A stretch of 64,000 bases of DNA, taken from the NCBI GenBank assembly GCA_045535075.1, contig JAZSKX010000018.1, positions 308,146-372,145 on the forward strand. Direction: 5' to 3'. Under the pieces are notes generated by a model, which saw only the letters and a list, made by a program, of their open reading frames with translations, was not told the origin of the DNA and did no database searches. Position numbers and translations under genes: made by a program. The stretch is from Candidatus Spyradenecus sp. (GTDB lineage Bacteria; Verrucomicrobiota; Verrucomicrobiia; Opitutales; UBA953). Positions 60,108 to 64,000 of this stretch are shown here, piece by piece (within the stretch, counting starts at the first letter, position 1; each line of letters begins with the position of its first letter).

Positions 60108-62009
60108 ATGAAGCGTCTTTTTTTAATTCTGATTTTTTCGTTCGGCATTTGGCTCGGACTTTGTGCCGACGAAGACCGGTCGAGTTTTTCCGGTGTAAAA
60201 AAGAGTGATTTCCGTGCGGCGGAAATGCGGGCGTTTTTTACGGATGCTTACTGTCACAAGCTGAAAAAAGGCATAAACGCCGCTCAGATAAAACGCATAA
60301 AAAATCCTGTGCTCCGCGATATGGCAAAGCGAATGCTCAAAGGAAAATATCAGGATAAAATTCATCGCCGGACGCGGAAATATCGCGCTTATTATCCCGT
60401 CGATTTGCTTTCGCGGGAACTGCGGACGAATTTCTACAGCCGTTTTGAAAATCCGACAGGCGTTTATTTTCGAAAAGGAGAAACGGCAGTCCTTTTTGTC
60501 GGCCCGATTCCGAACGGAGAAAAAATTTCTCTGAAAGTTCATTGTTTTGACCGGGAAGGCTACGGGAACGAGCGTGTTTACCCGCTCGAAAAAGGAGTCA
60601 ACGTCGTTCCCGTCGAAGTAAGCGGGCAAAGCTACATCCAATATTATTCGGAAAATCCGAATGCCGAACCGGTTTCGATTAACATTGCAACCGGACACGC
60701 CAACGGCGTCTTCACCAACGCGTCTAAAAGCTCCAATGCGGAATGGAAAAAAATGCTCGAAGACGTCGAGGGCGATTGTATCGACATCGTCGGAAAACGC
60801 GTTCACCTCATCTACTGCGCGGAAACAATGAAGCAAGTTTGCCCGGAAGACGGACTAAAGCTCATCAACACTTACGACGAGCTGATCCGCCTCCAGCAGG
60901 AAGACATCATGGGCTTGACGCAATTCAAGCGCCGCCGCCCGAATCACATGCTCGGAAGAACGATGTGGAAAGGCTTTATGCATGCCGACGGAATGGGCGC
61001 GGCGTTTCATGACGACACGATGAAAGGAATTGCCGATCCGGAAAAAATCACCCAACAGGCATGGGGTATTTCACACGAATTCGGGCACGTCAACCAAACC
61101 CGCCCGCTGATGATGTGGGTTTGCACAACGGAGGTTACAAACAATATTTATTCCTGTTGGGCAAATTTTAAATTGAACCCGAAATCAATGCGTTTGGAAC
61201 ACGAACGTTGCCGTTCCCGCGACGAAGACGGCAGTTTCATCGGCGGACGCTTCAATTCGTTCCTGAATTCCGCGCTGGTTCACGGCGAACAATGGCTCTG
61301 TCAAAAAGGTCCCGACAAAATGAAAGATTACGAAAACGGCGGCGACCACTTCGTGAAAGTCGCCCCGCTTTGGCAACTCCAGCTTTACATGAACGTCGCC
61401 GGACGCGGTCCGAAGGATTTTTATCCGCAACTCTTTGAAATGGCGCGCAAAGACGAAATCCCGAAAACCGAAGACGGGAAAAACGACAACGGCGCAATCC
61501 AATGCCGTTTCATGAAAAAAGCCTGTGATGTCGCCAAACAAAATCTGATGCCGTTTTTTGAGGCAATCGGAATGCTCAAACCGATTGACAAAGAGCTCGA
61601 CGACTACGTTCGCGGGCAACTGACCATCACCGAAGCCGACTGCGCAAAGCTCAAAAAATACGGCGAAAAATATCCCGTTCCCGCGAGTCCGGTGATCTAT
61701 TACATCTCGGCGACAAACGCGGAGATTTTCAAAAACGGCGCTCCCGTCAAGGGAACTAAAGGCGCAGGAATTGAAAAGAGCGACGACGGAACACGCCTAA
61801 CCTTCTCTCACAAAAAATGGAAAAACGCGGTCGCTTTCGAAACTTACGCCGGAGAAAAACTGATTCGCATTTCGATGAGCGGCTTGGACTCCAAAGACAA
61901 TTCCTCGACGCTTGTCGTTTACCCGGAAGGCGCAACGCGCGTCGAAGCCGTCGGTTGGGACGGCAAGCGCATCCTCGCCTACGGCAAACCCGGCAAAAAA
62001 AGAAAATAA
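60108..62009 (+). CDS. Secreted M60-like (enhancin family) zinc metallopeptidase
   Basis: Signal peptide; ENPTGVY and WGISHEFGHVNQ (HEXXH) with a downstream Glu in TEVTNN. Confidence 0.88.
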   Translation: MKRLFLILIFSFGIWLGLCADEDRSSFSGVKKSDFRAAEMRAFFTDAYCHKLKKGINAAQIKRIKNPVLRDMAKRMLKGKYQDKIHRRTRKYRAYYPVDLLSRELRTNFYSRFENPTGVYFRKGETAVLFVGPIPNGEKISLKVHCFDREGYGNERVYPLEKGVNVVPVEVSGQSYIQYYSENPNAEPVSINIATGHANGVFTNASKSSNAEWKKMLEDVEGDCIDIVGKRVHLIYCAETMKQVCPEDGLKLINTYDELIRLQQEDIMGLTQFKRRRPNHMLGRTMWKGFMHADGMGAAFHDDTMKGIADPEKITQQAWGISHEFGHVNQTRPLMMWVCTTEVTNNIYSCWANFKLNPKSMRLEHERCRSRDEDGSFIGGRFNSFLNSALVHGEQWLCQKGPDKMKDYENGGDHFVKVAPLWQLQLYMNVAGRGPKDFYPQLFEMARKDEIPKTEDGKNDNGAIQCRFMKKACDVAKQNLMPFFEAIGMLKPIDKELDDYVRGQLTITEADCAKLKKYGEKYPVPASPVIYYISATNAEIFKNGAPVKGTKGAGIEKSDDGTRLTFSHKKWKNAVAFETYAGEKLIRISMSGLDSKDNSSTLVVYPEGATRVEAVGWDGKRILAYGKPGKKRK

Positions 62010-62043
62010 CCTGCGAAAGCTCCGATTTCTCCCGATTCGTCGG

Positions 62044-62072
62044 TTGACAATGCGGGAACGCTTCGCCATCAT
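62044..62072 (+). promoter_or_regulatory. Sigma70-type promoter for nusA-infB
   Basis: TTGACA-17nt-CATCAT; the spacer contains GCGGGAACGC. Confidence 0.6.
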
Positions 62073-62100
62073 CGACGCAACTTAATTTTACTTTCAGCGG

Positions 62101-62128
62101 AAAGTGGGGATTCTCCCCGCTTTTTTTT
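62101..62128 (+). promoter_or_regulatory. rimP/nusA leader attenuator hairpin
   Basis: AAAGTGGGGA-TTC-TCCCCGCTTTTTTTT between the promoter and nusA; resembles the widespread AGUGGG...CCCRCUUUU leader. Confidence 0.7.
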
Positions 62129-62167
62129 GTTGGTAAAAACAATCATTAACGCCAATCAATACAATCA

Positions 62168-63406
62168 ATGAACAACGAAATCATCAGTGTTTTTGAATAC
62201 ATGGAAAAAGAAAAAGGAATCGGTCGCGAATTGCTGATTCCCGTTATCTGCGACGCCATGAAAAACGCTTCAGAACGAGGCGTAAATGCAGGTCAGAATC
62301 TCAAAATTGAGATCGACCCGAAAACCGGCGATATCCGCGCTTGGGCGCTGATGACGGTTGTTGATTCGGTCTCCGACCCGCTGACAGAAATTCATATCAA
62401 AAAAGCGGAACTCTACACGTCCGTACCGCAGCTCGGCGAAGTAATCGAAAAAGAAATCAATCCGGGCTCGCTCGGTCGTATCGCCGCTCAAATGGTGCAA
62501 CAATCCATCATGCAATGGGTGCGCTCATTCGAGAAAGAACGCCTCTACGACGAATACAAAAATCAGGTCGGGCAAATCGTTTCGGGAACGATTCACCGCC
62601 GGGAACGCGGCGATTTCATTGTCGAACTCGGCAAGGCGGAAGCCACGCTCCCGTCGCGGGAACGCCCGTACAACGAAGACTTCCAAGTCGGCGACCACAT
62701 CACGGCGCTTTTACAACGCATCGACACGACGCCGCGCGGCCCGGAAATTATCCTTTCCCGTTCCGATCCGAATTTCGTCCGTCGTATGCTTGAACGCGAA
62801 GTCACGGAGATTTCCGACGGTTCCGTCCAAATCGTGGCAATCGCCCGCGATGCCGGCAACCGCACCAAAATCGCCGTCGATGCCGACGATCCGAAAATCG
62901 ATCCGGTCGGGGCTTGTGTCGGTTCCCGCGGCGCACGCGTTCGCAATCTCGTTAAAGAACTCAACAACGAGAAAATCGACATTATCCGTTACAGTGCAGA
63001 TCCGGAAACGATGCTTCGCGAAGCCATCAAACCGGCGGTCCCGCGCAATATCGAAATTGATTATGAGCGCCACAGCATCTACTTCGAAGTAACGCCGGAA
63101 GACATGTCGATTGCGCTCGGTCGCCGCGGACAAAACGCAAAACTCACCTCGAAGCTTCTCGGCTGGCGCCTGCAGATCGACAAAGTTTCGCGCCCGACCT
63201 CTAAGATTGACGACAAGCGCGACGCGGCAATCCGCGAATTTACACACGTCGGCATTCCCGCAGACATGGCTTCGCGCTTGGTCGATGTCGGATTCTCGGG
63301 CTTGTCGCTCTTTGATGAAGCCGGAATTGAGGACGACCTGCAGGACGCCGGTTTCTCCGCAGAAGAAGCAAAATTCATCGTTATGACAGTTGCGGCTTCG
63401 CGCTAA
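62168..63406 (+). CDS. nusA: Transcription termination/antitermination factor NusA
   Basis: GRIAAQ, ILSRS, ARDAGNRTKIAV, GACVGSRG, GRRGQNAKL. Confidence 0.98.
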   Translation: MNNEIISVFEYMEKEKGIGRELLIPVICDAMKNASERGVNAGQNLKIEIDPKTGDIRAWALMTVVDSVSDPLTEIHIKKAELYTSVPQLGEVIEKEINPGSLGRIAAQMVQQSIMQWVRSFEKERLYDEYKNQVGQIVSGTIHRRERGDFIVELGKAEATLPSRERPYNEDFQVGDHITALLQRIDTTPRGPEIILSRSDPNFVRRMLEREVTEISDGSVQIVAIARDAGNRTKIAVDADDPKIDPVGACVGSRGARVRNLVKELNNEKIDIIRYSADPETMLREAIKPAVPRNIEIDYERHSIYFEVTPEDMSIALGRRGQNAKLTSKLLGWRLQIDKVSRPTSKIDDKRDAAIREFTHVGIPADMASRLVDVGFSGLSLFDEAGIEDDLQDAGFSAEEAKFIVMTVAASR

Positions 63407-63450
63407 TCCGACTTAAAAAACAAATTTAACCCGATTCCAACACCGGAAAT

Positions 63451-64000
63451 ATGGCAACACGCGTCAGTGAATTATCCAAAATGATCGGCGTTTCGAACAA
63501 AACGCTCGTGCTTTTCTTTGCGGAAAAACACCCGGAGTTTAAAATTACCGATCCGAGCAAACACCACGGGAAAAGCTTCTCGTGGTTCCCGGAAGACGGG
63601 CACACGATGGAAGAAGAAATTCAAGCCGAGCTGGATGCCTTTTTCCGCGAACATCCGGAATTAGTCGAAAAGACAAAATCCAAAAAGTCTCCGGCAAAAA
63701 ATACTTCGGGAAAATCCGTTCCCGCGACGGCGGCAGAAGAGCCCGCGCCTACGGCAGAACCGGCAAAACCCGCTCCTGCACCTGCGCCGGTACCGCCTGT
63801 TCCGCCGCCCGCGCCGAAACCGGCGCCGGTTCCTCCCGTGCCGCCGCGCCCGGCAATGGCTCCCGTGCCGCCGATTCCTGCGCCGCGTGCTTCGGTTCCG
63901 ATGCCGCCGCCCGTCCCGGCTGTTCCGAAAAGCGCTCCCGCGCCGATACCGCCGGTCCCCCCGCCTGCACCGAAGCCTGTTGCTCCGACTCCGAAACCCG
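63451..64000 (+). CDS. infB: Translation initiation factor IF-2, N-terminal part (runs off window)
   Basis: ATG 63451 gives MATRVSELSKMIGVSNKTLV (IF2 N-terminal-like), then a Pro/Ala-rich linker. Position directly after nusA; the GTPase domain is not visible. Confidence 0.8.
   Translation, partial: MATRVSELSKMIGVSNKTLVLFFAEKHPEFKITDPSKHHGKSFSWFPEDGHTMEEEIQAELDAFFREHPELVEKTKSKKSPAKNTSGKSVPATAAEEPAPTAEPAKPAPAPAPVPPVPPPAPKPAPVPPVPPRPAMAPVPPIPAPRASVPMPPPVPAVPKSAPAPIPPVPPPAPKPVAPTPKP

Larger units (their letters stand above)
82..63725. repeat. Dispersed over-represented motif (G)CGTTCCCG(C), DNA-uptake-sequence-like
   Basis: About 140 exact 8-mer copies by manual scan, in both orientations, e.g. 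82, 609, 1801, 14202, 19112, 25642, 27212, 28922, 35423, 44432, 47292, 59032, 63718. Confidence 0.9.

Noticed and set aside
82..63725. Motif interpreted as CRISPR repeat, Chi/KOPS, HIP1 or REP
   Set aside because: It is too short and not regularly spaced for CRISPR. It is unpolarised here, unlike Chi/KOPS, and non-palindromic, unlike HIP1. It is mostly intragenic and solitary, unlike REP.
63720..64000. Low-complexity CCG-rich repeats
   Set aside because: They encode the Pro/Ala-rich IF2 linker and are not an independent repeat element.
1..64000. tRNA, rRNA, tmRNA, transposases, prophage or defence systems
   Set aside because: No recognisable signatures by eye; tRNAscan-SE and cmscan would be needed to exclude them formally.

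Overview
This is a bacterial chromosomal segment, most likely from a host-associated Verrucomicrobiota (Opitutales-like) organism. The taxon is my inference from the PEP-CTERM protein, the C-terminally extended SecY, the rpsL-rpsG-fusA-rpsJ order without tuf, and an M60-like peptidase. Positions 2034-20558 hold the minus-strand str-S10-spc-alpha ribosomal super-operon. It lacks tuf, rpmD, adk, infA and rpmJ, and it carries a non-ribosomal exported-protein gene between rpsS and rplV. The rest is mostly housekeeping: typA, ampG-like, uvrA, tmk, purB, argG, an ABC importer, thiM/thiE, rdgB, tsaE, mutS, heptose kinase, nusA and the start of infB, plus secreted hydrolases. I saw no rRNA, tRNA, CRISPR array or mobile element. 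The most striking unannotated signal is a non-palindromic motif, (G)CGTTCCCG(C)/(G)CGGGAACG(C). By manual scan it occurs about 140 times, in both orientations roughly equally. It lies inside CDSs in all frames, is depleted in the ribosomal operon, and forms inverted pairs that make terminator stems. This matches the genomic signature of the DNA uptake sequences of Neisseriaceae (DUS) and Pasteurellaceae (USS), but with an unrelated sequence. Other signals are many apparently leaderless genes, a multi-helix rpsJ-rplC intercistronic RNA, and a candidate operator-controlled sRNA or small ORF at about 35.3 kb.
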